Positions 38,393 through 48,670 of a stretch of DNA of 64,000 nucleotides are shown piece by piece. The stretch comes from an uncultured bacterium (GTDB taxonomy: Bacteria > CSSED10-310), in contig CAYOJK010000003.1 in the NCBI GenBank assembly GCA_964404285.1, positions 69,511-133,510 on the forward strand, written 5' to 3'. Position 1 is the stretch's first letter, and each line of letters begins with the position of its first letter. Under the pieces are notes generated by a model, which ran no database searches, had not been told where the DNA came from, and saw only the letters and a list, made by a program, of their open reading frames with translations. Made by a program: the position numbers and the translations under genes.

Positions 38393-38402
38393 TAGAAATC
38401 AA

Positions 38403-39404
38403 ATGATTGAGATTGTCGGTATACTGGTTAGAGGAGAATCGTTTTCATTAAGATTCAATTCGCAGCGTATCCCCTTGAAAGTTGGCGATGCCTGTCTTGT
38501 TGAGTCTGGTTTTGGTTTACAAATAGGCAAAGTGATGAATGCTCCAACTATGGTCAAACCTCGTTTTATTGAAGGAAAACTGCCAAGGGTCATCAGAAAA
38601 GCGTCGGCGGAAGATGTTGAAAATCTTGATAAGATAATTTCCATTGAAAGTGAAGCGAAACAGTTCTGTATTGAAAGAATGCGTTCCTACAATCTAGAAA
38701 TGAAGCTTGCTAAAGTTATTTTTGCTTTTGATAAGTCAAAGGCAACGTTTATGTTTACTGCTGAAGGAAGAATTGATTTTAGAGGGTTAGTGCGTGATCT
38801 GGCCCAGCAGTTTAAAACCCGTATCGAGATGAAACAAATCGGTATTAGAGATGAAGCCAGGCTGATTGGTGGAATTGGTAACTGCGGGTGTACATTATGC
38901 TGTACAACATTTCTGCGCGATTTTCACTCCGTGTCGATAAAAAAAGCCAAAGATCAAGGTCTCAGTTTGATACCCAATAAAATATCCGGCCTGTGTGGTA
39001 GGTTGATGTGTTGCCTAGAATACGAACACGAACATTATTCTGAACAGGCTAAATTAATGCCCAAAATTGGAAAACGTGTGATAACGCCTAAAGGTGTAGG
39101 AAAAGTTCGACAATTGGGTATTTTAAAACAACTGGTTTTTGTGGAACTAGAAGATGGTGAATGTGCAGAGTTTAAGCTAGAAGATATTGAATTTACACTA
39201 AAACCCTCTTCGGAAAAAACGCAGGAAAATATTCAGGTTGAACAGCCATCGGATAGGCAACGACCGGGGAGTTCCTGTTTTGACGAACAAGACGATATTT
39301 TAATAGATGATGATTCTGACGATGAAGATGAAAATGACGATATATACAGTGCAGATGATGAGTTTGATAGTCTCGGCAATAACACTGATAAATGGGGTGA
39401 CTAA
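38403..39404 (+). CDS. ricT: PSP1 C-terminal domain protein (RicT/YaaT family)
   Basis: The conserved PSP1 block with a Cys cluster (IGGIGNCGCTLCCTTFL...GLCGRLMCCLEYE) is present. Frequently linked to tmk. Acidic C-terminal tail. ATG 5 nt after the tmk stop. Confidence 0.75.
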   Translation: MIEIVGILVRGESFSLRFNSQRIPLKVGDACLVESGFGLQIGKVMNAPTMVKPRFIEGKLPRVIRKASAEDVENLDKIISIESEAKQFCIERMRSYNLEMKLAKVIFAFDKSKATFMFTAEGRIDFRGLVRDLAQQFKTRIEMKQIGIRDEARLIGGIGNCGCTLCCTTFLRDFHSVSIKKAKDQGLSLIPNKISGLCGRLMCCLEYEHEHYSEQAKLMPKIGKRVITPKGVGKVRQLGILKQLVFVELEDGECAEFKLEDIEFTLKPSSEKTQENIQVEQPSDRQRPGSSCFDEQDDILIDDDSDDEDENDDIYSADDEFDSLGNNTDKWGD

Positions 39405-39429
39405 GTAAGCCGACCTAAATAGCACACGC

Positions 39430-40782
39430 TCAGGCCAGTGTTTTTAGAAAATCAACGATTTTTTCCGCACGCATCGATCGGGATGCTTTAATCAAAACAA
39501 CACCATTTTTCAGGGATAGCTTTTGAAGCTCCTGTATCACCTGACTTAAATCGTCACAATAGATACACGGTAACCCCATTGAGACTGCCTGGAGATAAGC
39601 TAGTCTCATTTCGTTACCAAATACGATACAGATATCCAAATTATAGTTTCTTAAACTCTTGCCAAGAGATTCATGTTCTGCTTGAGATCGTGTTCCCAGT
39701 TCCAACATGTCCCCAAGAACAGCAATGCGACGCCCTGTAGAAGGGTAGTCTGCGAGTAGCTGAAGCGCACATCGCATGGATTCCGGAGCGGCGTTATAGG
39801 CATCATCGATAACGGTCAATTCCGAAATTCGGAATATGTGAGATCTATGTGGTGATAAAATCAGTGAATCAAGTCCTTTTTGTATAGTTGAATAGCTAAG
39901 ACCCATTGTTCTGGCGACGGCTATTGCACCGAGAGCATTAGTGACATTATGTTTCCCGTGGTAAGGAAGAAAAAGTTCCTCAGCTTCTGCTGAGGGTTCT
40001 TTTACAAAAAACTTTATTCCCTCAATAGTTGGCTGCAAATTGATCGCTTGGTAAACTCCCTTTTTCAATCCAAATAAAACGGCATTTTTATTCGAAGCAA
40101 ATAACAATCGGTCATCTGCATTTAAAAACAATTGGCCATTAGGATCGATCCAGTTAGCAAGCTCAAACTTTTCTGTAGCAATATCGCTGAGTGTTGGTAG
40201 AAATTCGCTGTGCGCCGGGGCGATGCATGTAAAAATGGCATGAGTAGGGCGTACGAGCGGCGCTAAAATTTTCATTTCCCCTGGTTTGGATATACCAATC
40301 TCGATGACCAATGCCTGATCATCTTCATTCAACTGCATCAATGTTAACGGCACACCTATCAATCCATTAAGATTTTGAAATGTCGAACGGGTTTTCATCG
40401 ATTGCGAAAGAATCGATGAAAGGATGTCCTTAGTCGTTGTTTTTCCATGACTACCCGTTATCGCAATAACAGGAATATTTACTCTCTTTCTTACACTTCC
40501 TGCGAGCGCCTGCAATGCTTTTAGGGGATCATCGACCTCAATTCTAGGAGAGATATCCAAAGCGGCATCTCTTCGAACCAAAACTCCGGATGCACCTTTG
40601 TTTAAGGCATCTTCTGCAAAATTGTGCCCATCAAAATTATCTCCCTTTAAAGCAATGTAAAGGTCACCGGGTTTAATTGTCCTGGAATCGGCGCTGACTC
40701 CTTTGAACTCGGTAGAAAGTGTGCCGATAACTTTTCCTCCACCCTGTAGTGATCGTAAAATAAAAGGCCAGTCAAGTTTCAT
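39430..40782 (-). CDS. murF: UDP-N-acetylmuramoyl-tripeptide--D-alanyl-D-alanine ligase MurF
   Basis: N-terminus (SADSRTIKPGDLYIALKGDNFDGHNF) and Mur ligase domains. 450 aa. Confidence 0.85.
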   Translation of the reverse strand: MKLDWPFILRSLQGGGKVIGTLSTEFKGVSADSRTIKPGDLYIALKGDNFDGHNFAEDALNKGASGVLVRRDAALDISPRIEVDDPLKALQALAGSVRKRVNIPVIAITGSHGKTTTKDILSSILSQSMKTRSTFQNLNGLIGVPLTLMQLNEDDQALVIEIGISKPGEMKILAPLVRPTHAIFTCIAPAHSEFLPTLSDIATEKFELANWIDPNGQLFLNADDRLLFASNKNAVLFGLKKGVYQAINLQPTIEGIKFFVKEPSAEAEELFLPYHGKHNVTNALGAIAVARTMGLSYSTIQKGLDSLILSPHRSHIFRISELTVIDDAYNAAPESMRCALQLLADYPSTGRRIAVLGDMLELGTRSQAEHESLGKSLRNYNLDICIVFGNEMRLAYLQAVSMGLPCIYCDDLSQVIQELQKLSLKNGVVLIKASRSMRAEKIVDFLKTLA

Positions 40783-40808
40783 TTGGTCAATTCCTTATAA
40801 TTGGTTTA

Positions 40809-43019
40809 TTAGTTTCTTAGCGTTAGAAATAAAAAGACTCCTGAAATAAATAGTAACGATCCGAACAGCAAAGCAGTTTGTGGTATGCCTGCAGTAGGCA
40901 GAAAAAGTGTAGACACAAATATGGCGGCAACGGCGCCGCCGATTAAATCCATGCTATAGAATAACGGCATCGAGTCTGGATGCACACGTGATGCGAGAAC
41001 AAATTGAGCGCTCCCCAGAAGACCAGAAAGAAATGCAAATACAAGAATAAATAAAACAGAAGGTGTTCCTAATGTGGATGAGATAACTCCGAGCAAACAG
41101 AGTAGAGCGGCCAAGCAGGTTTGTACCGTTGGAAGAAAAAGCTTGTGTTGCGACTTGAGCAGACTGAACAGGGAACTCCCAAGCGCCAATCCCAAAGCGA
41201 AAATGCCCAGTAATATGCCAGCTTCACGATAAAGCGCTCCCGTGCGGAGCTGGATGAGGAATATCAATAGAACCTGAGTGATCATGGTAACGGACCCTGT
41301 CAGAAAAACAGCGAAAGAAATTTGATGCAATCGGTTTCGAAACAGTGCATGTGTCAAAATGACCACAAAAAAACAAAGTATTGTTATTATTATAATGGTT
41401 TGGCCTTTCAAATGGAAAGGTTTGAAGGTGTCTGGCCGCCATTGCGAATGCCATAAATCAAGGAAAGCTGGAAAAACAATAGGCTTGGTATCTGTAGAAA
41501 ACTCTTTCGTATCAATAGCTGACAATGCATCGATAAAAGACTGAGATTTCAAGGGATTCATGCGATAGGGAAGATATCCTTCAATGGAATAAAAAGGCTG
41601 TAGATTCATGGTTTCAATCCGCTTTAAGATATCATTTGAATCAATCGCCAATGGATTATGAATACCGGCAAATATATGGATGACATCGCCGGAAAGAATA
41701 AGCATGGAATCACGAGAAAAACTCTTGTCTATCGAGTTTAAAATAATATTTATATATCTTCCTTGCTCATCACTAAGAACGTTTTCAGAACCCGTGAGCG
41801 TCATGGCAAATATCCCATCGGGTCGCAACACTTTTCTGATTTCTTTATAGAACTCTTCTGAATAGAAACGTGATGCACTCAAGGATCCAGGAGCGCCGGC
41901 ATTTGATATGACTATATCATAGGTGTTTTCCGGCTGAGCAGCCAGGTATCTTCTTGGGTCGTTTTGAAAGAGCTTTCGTGATTTGGTTTCCGGTGTATAA
42001 CCGATACCGATAAGGTGATTTTGCTCCATGATGGATAAAGGCCCTGTATCCAATGTGACGATATCAATTTCAACGTGCTCGAGCTGATCGGTGATGGTTT
42101 CCATTTTATTTAACAGACCTTCAAGAAGAAGAATTTTGGTCGGATTAGGATGGAGAGCAAGCGCGTAACAGATGGTTTCTTCGTCGATCTGTGAGATGGA
42201 TTGTTGGGACGCAAGTTGAAAATTGTTGAAGAGCGTTAGGGTATCTTCATATTTAACTAAATGCCATCGACCGTAGAGAGTATCGAAGACGGATACTAAA
42301 GATTGTCCGGGCCAGGCGAAAGCATCGAGTTTTTTACCAAGTGTTTTACCGGTGAAGAGAAATGAGAGGGAGAGACATATCAAAACAAAAATAGCTGCTG
42401 TCAATAAAACGGGTTTACGCTGGCCAGGATTTTGTACAAGCAGATAGACGAAGAGAAAAAGAGGGATGAGCATGGCAAGAATAAAGCCGGCCAAGTGTAG
42501 TGTACTGGCGCTGGCAAAGTGAATGGATCGAATACAGACTGCTGATGTGAGAGCGCCAAAAGCTTCGGTAGCGTAAATCGCCGCAGCTTTTCGATGGTTG
42601 CCGCCTGCTGCTCTAATGAACCTGACAGGTAAGGCGAAAAGGAGACCATTCACTATACAAAAAGGTATCAAGATCAGGGAAGGAGATAAAAAGAAATCCA
42701 CTAGCCTGGGTAATTCCCCGGGTGTGCGATCAAGAAAAGCTGGAAAAATTCTGTAACCAATCAATGTCAGCGGTAATAGACAAGCCATAACAAACGGAAG
42801 GATCATCAGTTGTTTTCGGTGTAATGATAATCGATGACCAATGAAGCTGCCTAAACCGGTTAAAATCAGCCATATTCCAAGAAAAATTGACACAGATAAC
42901 TCGTTATCGTTATTTTGAGCCAGGCTTTCTTGGATTAAGATGATCTGCAATGAAGTAGCCGCATAACCAGAAAATAGAGTCACCAACATGGGGGTATAAT
43001 AAATTCGATTACTATTCAT
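40809..43019 (-). CDS. Polytopic membrane protein with an embedded spermidine/spermine synthase-like (PABS) methyltransferase-fold domain
   Basis: Hydrophobic helices at both ends. The central domain carries the PABS signature (DIVISNAGAPGSLSASRFYSEEFYKEIRKVLRPDGIF). Confidence 0.65.
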   Translation of the reverse strand: MNSNRIYYTPMLVTLFSGYAATSLQIILIQESLAQNNDNELSVSIFLGIWLILTGLGSFIGHRLSLHRKQLMILPFVMACLLPLTLIGYRIFPAFLDRTPGELPRLVDFFLSPSLILIPFCIVNGLLFALPVRFIRAAGGNHRKAAAIYATEAFGALTSAVCIRSIHFASASTLHLAGFILAMLIPLFLFVYLLVQNPGQRKPVLLTAAIFVLICLSLSFLFTGKTLGKKLDAFAWPGQSLVSVFDTLYGRWHLVKYEDTLTLFNNFQLASQQSISQIDEETICYALALHPNPTKILLLEGLLNKMETITDQLEHVEIDIVTLDTGPLSIMEQNHLIGIGYTPETKSRKLFQNDPRRYLAAQPENTYDIVISNAGAPGSLSASRFYSEEFYKEIRKVLRPDGIFAMTLTGSENVLSDEQGRYINIILNSIDKSFSRDSMLILSGDVIHIFAGIHNPLAIDSNDILKRIETMNLQPFYSIEGYLPYRMNPLKSQSFIDALSAIDTKEFSTDTKPIVFPAFLDLWHSQWRPDTFKPFHLKGQTIIIITILCFFVVILTHALFRNRLHQISFAVFLTGSVTMITQVLLIFLIQLRTGALYREAGILLGIFALGLALGSSLFSLLKSQHKLFLPTVQTCLAALLCLLGVISSTLGTPSVLFILVFAFLSGLLGSAQFVLASRVHPDSMPLFYSMDLIGGAVAAIFVSTLFLPTAGIPQTALLFGSLLFISGVFLFLTLRN

Positions 43020-43067
43020 ATTTCAATTTTTCTTCTGATACGATACCATGATAAAAGTGGTGTTACG

Positions 43068-44198
43068 TTGTTTGGAGTTAAAATGGATCATATAAAGTTC
43101 CGTTCAGTATCACTCAATTTCCGGATCGCTCTTGCTATTATTGCATATAGCATCCTTTTTGTATACCACCTGCCTGTGGTCGAGGCTGGATCTGTCACAG
43201 TTCGGGCTGTTGATGGATCGGTAGCGGGTAGAATTGAAGTACAGGAATTCGAAGGCGTCGAAATGCTTTCGATGACTGGGTGGGCGCAGTTGATCGATGC
43301 AGAGTTTGATTGGGACTACGTGACCGGCGTTGCTGAAATGCGATTTCGTGATCATCGATTGCGGGTGGCTGACAGAGGTCGAGGTATCTGGATAAATGGC
43401 CGGATGCATTCCTTACCTGTGCCGATAAGACAACAGGATGGCGATCTTTGGATTCCATTGAAAATTCTCGATGATGTGGTGGATGCATTATGGGAAGGGG
43501 AGATTATTTGGAACTCTGCAGAGAACGAACTGCGTTTGTATATGGTGGGATCAAAAGGAAAACCTGCGGACGATTGGCAAGATGATGATGGTCAATGGGT
43601 GATAGTACTGGACGCTGGTCATGGAGGCGCTGATTCAGGTTGTCTCACAGAAGAAGGTGTTACCGAAAAAGAGGCTGTTTTGAATCTTGTTCTTCGAGTA
43701 GGTGATATTCTGACGAATAGAATGGGCGCTCATTGTGTTTTCACACGGAAAAGTGACAATAATCCCAGAGCTGATGAACGGGTTGCTGAAGCCAATCGAT
43801 CAGCTGCCGACCTGTTTATTTCGTTCCATATTGCCCCACGCGAAGACATGCAAGGGAACAGCTTCAATCTTTTTCTGCCGACTGTCGAGCCTAAAACAAC
43901 GGAAATTGACACTAAACTTGAATTATGGGCAAGTCGATCTGCTTCCTTGATTGAGCGGATGAGAATTTATACGAAACGGTTTGCTGATGGGATGGTCGCA
44001 ACAGCAAACGATAAGAAATTTGGGATTTTTAATCGAGATTTGTCAATTTTGAAGGGGTTATCCATGCCCGCTTTAGTGTTGGAGCTATCGTGGGATAGCG
44101 CATTCTATGGAGATATAAAAATTTCTGAGGAAAGTGGGCGTAACCGGGCAGCGGAAGCAATTTATGATGGAATTCGAAGCTGTCTGAATGTGGAGTAG
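43068..44198 (+). CDS. N-acetylmuramoyl-L-alanine amidase (Amidase_3/AmiC-like) with N-terminal AMIN-like domain
   Basis: The catalytic domain starts at VIVLDAGHGGADSGC and includes the conserved E/H zinc ligands. N-terminal signal-anchor. Confidence 0.8.
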   Translation: MFGVKMDHIKFRSVSLNFRIALAIIAYSILFVYHLPVVEAGSVTVRAVDGSVAGRIEVQEFEGVEMLSMTGWAQLIDAEFDWDYVTGVAEMRFRDHRLRVADRGRGIWINGRMHSLPVPIRQQDGDLWIPLKILDDVVDALWEGEIIWNSAENELRLYMVGSKGKPADDWQDDDGQWVIVLDAGHGGADSGCLTEEGVTEKEAVLNLVLRVGDILTNRMGAHCVFTRKSDNNPRADERVAEANRSAADLFISFHIAPREDMQGNSFNLFLPTVEPKTTEIDTKLELWASRSASLIERMRIYTKRFADGMVATANDKKFGIFNRDLSILKGLSMPALVLELSWDSAFYGDIKISEESGRNRAAEAIYDGIRSCLNVE

Positions 44199-44202
44199 TG
44201 TC

Positions 44203-44784
44203 ATGGATGCCGAGTTAACACCTCAACCGCGTTCAACGATTACCAGCCGTATCATTGTCGCTTTACCGTTTATTGTGGTGGCATTGCTTGCAGGATATGT
44301 CTGGGCGGAGTGGCATCGGAAACCATCACGACCGGACTATGTGACATGGACAAAATCTCAATCGGCTTTTTCTCGTGTCGAACGAGATTTAACTCTGGTT
44401 TACTTGTCAGCAAATGAGGAGTGGGTTACAGAATCCCGCACAATAAGGGGATTTGAGACAGAACGCCAGGAAGTTCAATCTTGTCTTGAAACATTTTTAG
44501 GTGGCCCCGTATCTGCAGAAGCGCGATTGCCGGGTAAAGAGCTTATCCAGATTGGTGGAGTGTATTTGGATGGAAAAGGCGGGATAATTATCAATTTCGA
44601 GACACAGGCCGAGATATTGAATATGGGTGGTATCGAAGCGGAGAATGTTTTTATTCAATCTTTGATTCATACGATTAAATCCAACTATCCCTCTATAAAA
44701 CACATGCAGTTGATAGTGAACGGTTCAGTGGCGGAAACACTGGCAGGTCATCTAGATATTCGTGGATTATTTTATATCGGCTGA
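44203..44784 (+). CDS. GerMN-domain-like membrane-anchored protein
   Basis: N-terminal TM helix. The C-terminal domain resembles GerM/GerMN domains, which commonly pair with amidases. GGAG lies 7 nt upstream of ATG 44203. Confidence 0.45.
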   Translation: MDAELTPQPRSTITSRIIVALPFIVVALLAGYVWAEWHRKPSRPDYVTWTKSQSAFSRVERDLTLVYLSANEEWVTESRTIRGFETERQEVQSCLETFLGGPVSAEARLPGKELIQIGGVYLDGKGGIIINFETQAEILNMGGIEAENVFIQSLIHTIKSNYPSIKHMQLIVNGSVAETLAGHLDIRGLFYIG

Positions 44785-44836
44785 TTACAAAAGAAAGAAC
44801 GAGTTATTTGATTATTCTCAGCAAACGGGTCGAAAA

Positions 44837-45445
44837 ATGTCGATAGAAAAAATCACTTCAATTGTGATAGCGACGAGCAACAATAATAAAATCAAAGAGA
44901 TCAGTAGGATTATTGGAGAGATAGGGGTGGATTGGGTTGCGGGTAGTGATTTCTTGGTTGGAGAAGTTGAAGAGAACGGATCGACATATGCCGAGAATGC
45001 TGAAATAAAAGCACGTGCATATTCAAATATATCTGGTTTACCGGCTTTAGCGGATGATTCTGGTTTGGAAGTGGATGCTTTAGATGGGCTGCCTGGTATT
45101 CATTCGAACAGATTTTTTGGTCGGAGCAAAACAGATGCAGAGAAGGTGGCTGAGCTTTTAAAACGCTTGGAAGGTGTGCCGAAAAATAAGCGGACAGCTC
45201 GTTTTATTTGCCATGCAGTATTATTGGCTGGGGATCAGATGCTGGCCTCGGTTAGAGGAACTGTTGAAGGGTTTATTCTCTATCAGCCTCAAGGAAGCGG
45301 TGGATTTGGTTATGATCCGGTTTTTTATTATCCTGAACTGAGGAAGACTTTAGCTGATTTGAGTGTGGCTGAAAAGAATATTAGAAGCCATCGTGGACAG
45401 GCAATGAGAAAAATTCGAGAATTTTTGTTGCGTTTTGGTGTATAA
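44837..45445 (+). CDS. rdgB: Non-canonical purine NTP pyrophosphatase (RdgB/HAM1, dITP/XTPase)
   Basis: IVIATSNNNKIKEI start, and the SGGFGYDPVF plus RSHRGQA C-terminal motifs. The internal ATG is chosen as the start. Confidence 0.8.
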   Translation: MSIEKITSIVIATSNNNKIKEISRIIGEIGVDWVAGSDFLVGEVEENGSTYAENAEIKARAYSNISGLPALADDSGLEVDALDGLPGIHSNRFFGRSKTDAEKVAELLKRLEGVPKNKRTARFICHAVLLAGDQMLASVRGTVEGFILYQPQGSGGFGYDPVFYYPELRKTLADLSVAEKNIRSHRGQAMRKIREFLLRFGV

Positions 45446-45495
45446 ACGTGGTAATAACTTGGCGCTGTGTGCCGGCTGAACCCAATGGCGCGTGA

Positions 45496-45570
<75 letters not shown>

Positions 45571-45595
45571 TTGAAAGGATGTTGGAAGTCGATGC

Positions 45596-45669
<74 letters not shown>

Positions 45670-45721
45670 TCGATGTGAATGACGGTGTACCACCGGTATC
45701 TCGGAGGTTTGAAAAGATGAT

Positions 45722-45796
45722 GGTGAGTGTAGCTCAGTTGGTTAGAGCGCCTGACTGTGGATCAGGAGGTCGAGGGTTCAAGTCCCTTCACTCACC
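45722..45796 (+). tRNA. tRNA-His (anticodon GTG) with encoded G-1
   Basis: Extra 5' G pairs with discriminator C. Acceptor GTGAGTG/CACTCAC. Anticodon loop CTGTGGA. Confidence 0.85.
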
Positions 45797-45805
45797 CTGT
45801 ATGGA

Positions 45806-45828
45806 GCCGAAGAAGCGTTGTCTTCGGC
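45806..45828 (+). other. Perfect 8-bp stem / 7-nt loop hairpin (GCCGAAGA-agcgttg-TCTTCGGC) followed by TTTGT, between tRNA-His and tRNA-Arg(TCG)
   Basis: Direct reading of the sequence. It could be a weak intrinsic terminator or a processing structure inside the tRNA operon. Confidence 0.4.
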
Positions 45829-45837
45829 TTTGTCTAT

Positions 45838-45911
<74 letters not shown>

Positions 45912-45930
45912 TATGAAAAACGGATTACCT

Positions 45931-46012
45931 GCGAGGATGGCGGAATTGGCAGACGCGCTGGACTTAGGATCCAGTGCCGCAAGGTGTGGGGGTTCAACTC
46001 CCCCTCCTCGCA
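45931..46012 (+). tRNA. tRNA-Leu (anticodon TAG), class II with long variable arm
   Basis: Acceptor GCGAGGA/TCCTCGC, anticodon loop CTTAGGA, long extra arm (GTGCCGCAAGGTGT), T-arm GGGGGTTCAACTCCCCC. Confidence 0.85.
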
Positions 46013-46089
46013 TGAAGTTGATACTCCGTAAGATGCGTGAATTAATGACAACTTCTTGTTGCGAATCCCTTTAAATGAGGTAGCTTAAA

Positions 46090-47412
46090 ATGAAATTTAA
46101 TATCGAAACGGTTTCAGAAAAGTCCAAATTAATCAAAGTTGAAATCCCTCATGAACGTGTTCAAAAAGAATTTGAAAAATTGTATTCTGAACTCGCCCAA
46201 AATGCTGTTATTCCAGGTTTCAGAAAAGGAAAAATACCACGGGGGATGCTTAAACTTAGATTGGGTGAAGATATAGCGAATCAAATAGGGTTTGACTTGA
46301 TACGTGAAACTCTGCCGGACATTTTGAAATCTATAGAGGATGTCATCGTCGGTACGCCGGAGGTTGCTGAATGGAAGATCGATGAAAACCAAGCTTTTCA
46401 GTTTGAAGTTAGTGTTGAAATCCTTCCACCGATGGATCTAAAAGAATATAAAGGTATTGAAGTGCCTAAAAAATCCTTGGAAATTTCTGATGATGAAATC
46501 CAGGAAAGTCTGGAACGTATCCGTGAAGGACAAGCAACATACGAAGTTGTTCGTGACCGCCCGGCCGAACTTAATGATCGCATCTATGGCCGAATTACCC
46601 TGAAAGGTGATGACGAACCGGTGCCTGGCTGGACAAACCGACATCTTGAGGTGAATATCGGAGAAGACACATTTTTTCCTGGATCGGGTATGGAAGAAAA
46701 AATGATCGGCGCTGAAATCGAAAAGGAACATACATTTACAATGGATTTTGCTTCCGATTATTCTTATTACAAAGATCTAGCAGGTAAATCTGTAACGGCT
46801 ACATTGGCTTTGACTGAGATAAAAATTAAGACGCTGCCGGACATCAATGACGATTTGGCAAGAGATATGGGTCTTGAAACTAAAGATGAATTGATGGAAA
46901 TGGTTCGGAAGAATATTGAGCAAGAACGTAATCAAAGGATCGATCATGAATTTGAAAGCGCTATTATCGAAAAGATAGTCAAAGCTAATTCAGTTGAAGT
47001 GCCGGAAGCGCTGGTCGATCAGGAGTCGGAATTTTTTGTGGATTCATACTTTAGTCAAGGCGCTATGGATGAAAAAACCAGGGAGATGTTTATTAATCAA
47101 ATGAAGCCGGCTGCTAAATTGCGGGTTCAGGAAAGGTTGATTTTGAGTCGTATAGCTGAACTTGAACAAATTGAAACGACAGAAGAAGAGCTTGAAAATA
47201 CGTTTAAAGAAATGGCTGAACAACAGAAGAAGACGTTGGAAGCGATTCGAAGTGAATGGGAAGAAGAAAAGGCAGTTGACAATTTAAAGCGCGAGTTGGC
47301 TAGAAAAAAAGCGATGGATTGGTTGAAAGAAAATGTGACGATTGGTGATTGGATCGAACCTTCTGAGACGGCCGATCCGCAAGAAAGCCAAAATGAAGAA
47401 TCTGATACCTAG
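46090..47412 (+). CDS. tig: Trigger factor
   Basis: N-terminal ribosome-binding domain with GFRKGKIP motif, PPIase and C-terminal arms. 440 aa. Canonical tig-clpP order. Confidence 0.9.
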   Translation: MKFNIETVSEKSKLIKVEIPHERVQKEFEKLYSELAQNAVIPGFRKGKIPRGMLKLRLGEDIANQIGFDLIRETLPDILKSIEDVIVGTPEVAEWKIDENQAFQFEVSVEILPPMDLKEYKGIEVPKKSLEISDDEIQESLERIREGQATYEVVRDRPAELNDRIYGRITLKGDDEPVPGWTNRHLEVNIGEDTFFPGSGMEEKMIGAEIEKEHTFTMDFASDYSYYKDLAGKSVTATLALTEIKIKTLPDINDDLARDMGLETKDELMEMVRKNIEQERNQRIDHEFESAIIEKIVKANSVEVPEALVDQESEFFVDSYFSQGAMDEKTREMFINQMKPAAKLRVQERLILSRIAELEQIETTEEELENTFKEMAEQQKKTLEAIRSEWEEEKAVDNLKRELARKKAMDWLKENVTIGDWIEPSETADPQESQNEESDT

Positions 47413-47421
47413 GAGTAAAAG

Positions 47422-48024
47422 ATGAAAGATCCTCTTATGCAGTTAATTCCTATAGTTGTTGAGCAGTCCAGTCGTGGTGAGCGGGCGTATGATATTTATT
47501 CTCGATTGCTGAAAGAAAATATTCTGTTTATTGGGACCGCGATCGACGACCAGGTTGCAAACCTTGTCATTGCACAGTTGTTGTATTTGGCAGCTGAAGA
47601 CCCGGAAAAAGATATTCATATTTATATCAACTCTCCTGGCGGTCATGTGATGTCTTGTCTGGCTATTTATGACACAATGCAATATGTAAAGCCGGATGTC
47701 TCAACGATCTGTGTAGGACACGCAGACAGCGCAGCCGCTGTTCTTCTAGCGGCCGGCGCACCAGGAAAGAGATTTGCACTGAAAAACGCTCGGATAATGA
47801 TTCATCAACCTTGGGGCGGATTTCAAGGACAAGCCTCTGATATCGATATTCACGCTCAGGAAATTCTACGAATGCGAGCAGAATTGAATAGGATACTTGC
47901 AGATCATACAGGGCAGAGTATCGATAAAATTGCTCGTGATACCGACCGCGATTTTTTTATGTCCGCTGAAGAATCGATAAAATATGGTATTATCGATAAA
48001 ATTCTTGAGCGCGACAAAAAATGA
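47422..48024 (+). CDS. clpP: ATP-dependent Clp protease proteolytic subunit
   Basis: 200 aa ClpP fold ([15 protein letters not shown]...YINSPGG...HQPWGG). Confidence 0.9.
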   Translation: MKDPLMQLIPIVVEQSSRGERAYDIYSRLLKENILFIGTAIDDQVANLVIAQLLYLAAEDPEKDIHIYINSPGGHVMSCLAIYDTMQYVKPDVSTICVGHADSAAAVLLAAGAPGKRFALKNARIMIHQPWGGFQGQASDIDIHAQEILRMRAELNRILADHTGQSIDKIARDTDRDFFMSAEESIKYGIIDKILERDKK

Positions 48025-48030
48025 TAAAGT

Positions 48031-48633
48031 GTGAAAATTACGAGCGCTGAATTTGTAAAAAGCGCGGTTGTACCGGAAGGTTACCCTGCTTCAGACTTGC
48101 CGGAAATAGCTTTTGTCGGCAGATCAAACGTCGGAAAATCAACCCTGATAAACACGCTTGTCCAGCGAAAAAAGCTGGCTAAAACCAGTTCGACACCCGG
48201 AAAAACCCGTTTAATAAATTTTTATTTGGTTAATTCCAGACTGTTTTTAGTCGATCTGCCCGGGTATGGTTATTCGAAGGCTCCGGAGCGGATCAGCCAA
48301 ACCTGGATGCAGGCTGTCGATAAGTATTTTCAGACTCGAAAGACACTTTTAGGAGTTTATCAACTGATAGACTGCCGCCATCCTCCTACTGAACTCGATC
48401 GAAAAGTGTGTCAATGGTTGGTCGAAACAAATTTGCTCAAAGGTGTCAGTGCCGTTAAAACGGATAAAATTTCACCTTCAAAAGTCCAAGAATCCCTCAA
48501 ACGTATTCGACAAACACTGAACTTGGCTGATGACTATCCGCTTATCCCATTTTCTTCAATAACGGGAACCGGGCGCGGTGAACTTTGGAGATATATCCTC
48601 CAGATTACAAATCTAAAAGTATCGGCAGATTAA
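48031..48633 (+). CDS. engB: Ribosome biogenesis GTPase EngB/YihA
   Basis: GRSNVGKSTLIN (G1), DLPGYGY (G3) and the EngB-like overall layout. GTG start. Confidence 0.85.
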   Translation: MKITSAEFVKSAVVPEGYPASDLPEIAFVGRSNVGKSTLINTLVQRKKLAKTSSTPGKTRLINFYLVNSRLFLVDLPGYGYSKAPERISQTWMQAVDKYFQTRKTLLGVYQLIDCRHPPTELDRKVCQWLVETNLLKGVSAVKTDKISPSKVQESLKRIRQTLNLADDYPLIPFSSITGTGRGELWRYILQITNLKVSAD

Positions 48634-48670
48634 ATAACTTCTATTTTCGGATTTGATCGAGTATCAGTCG

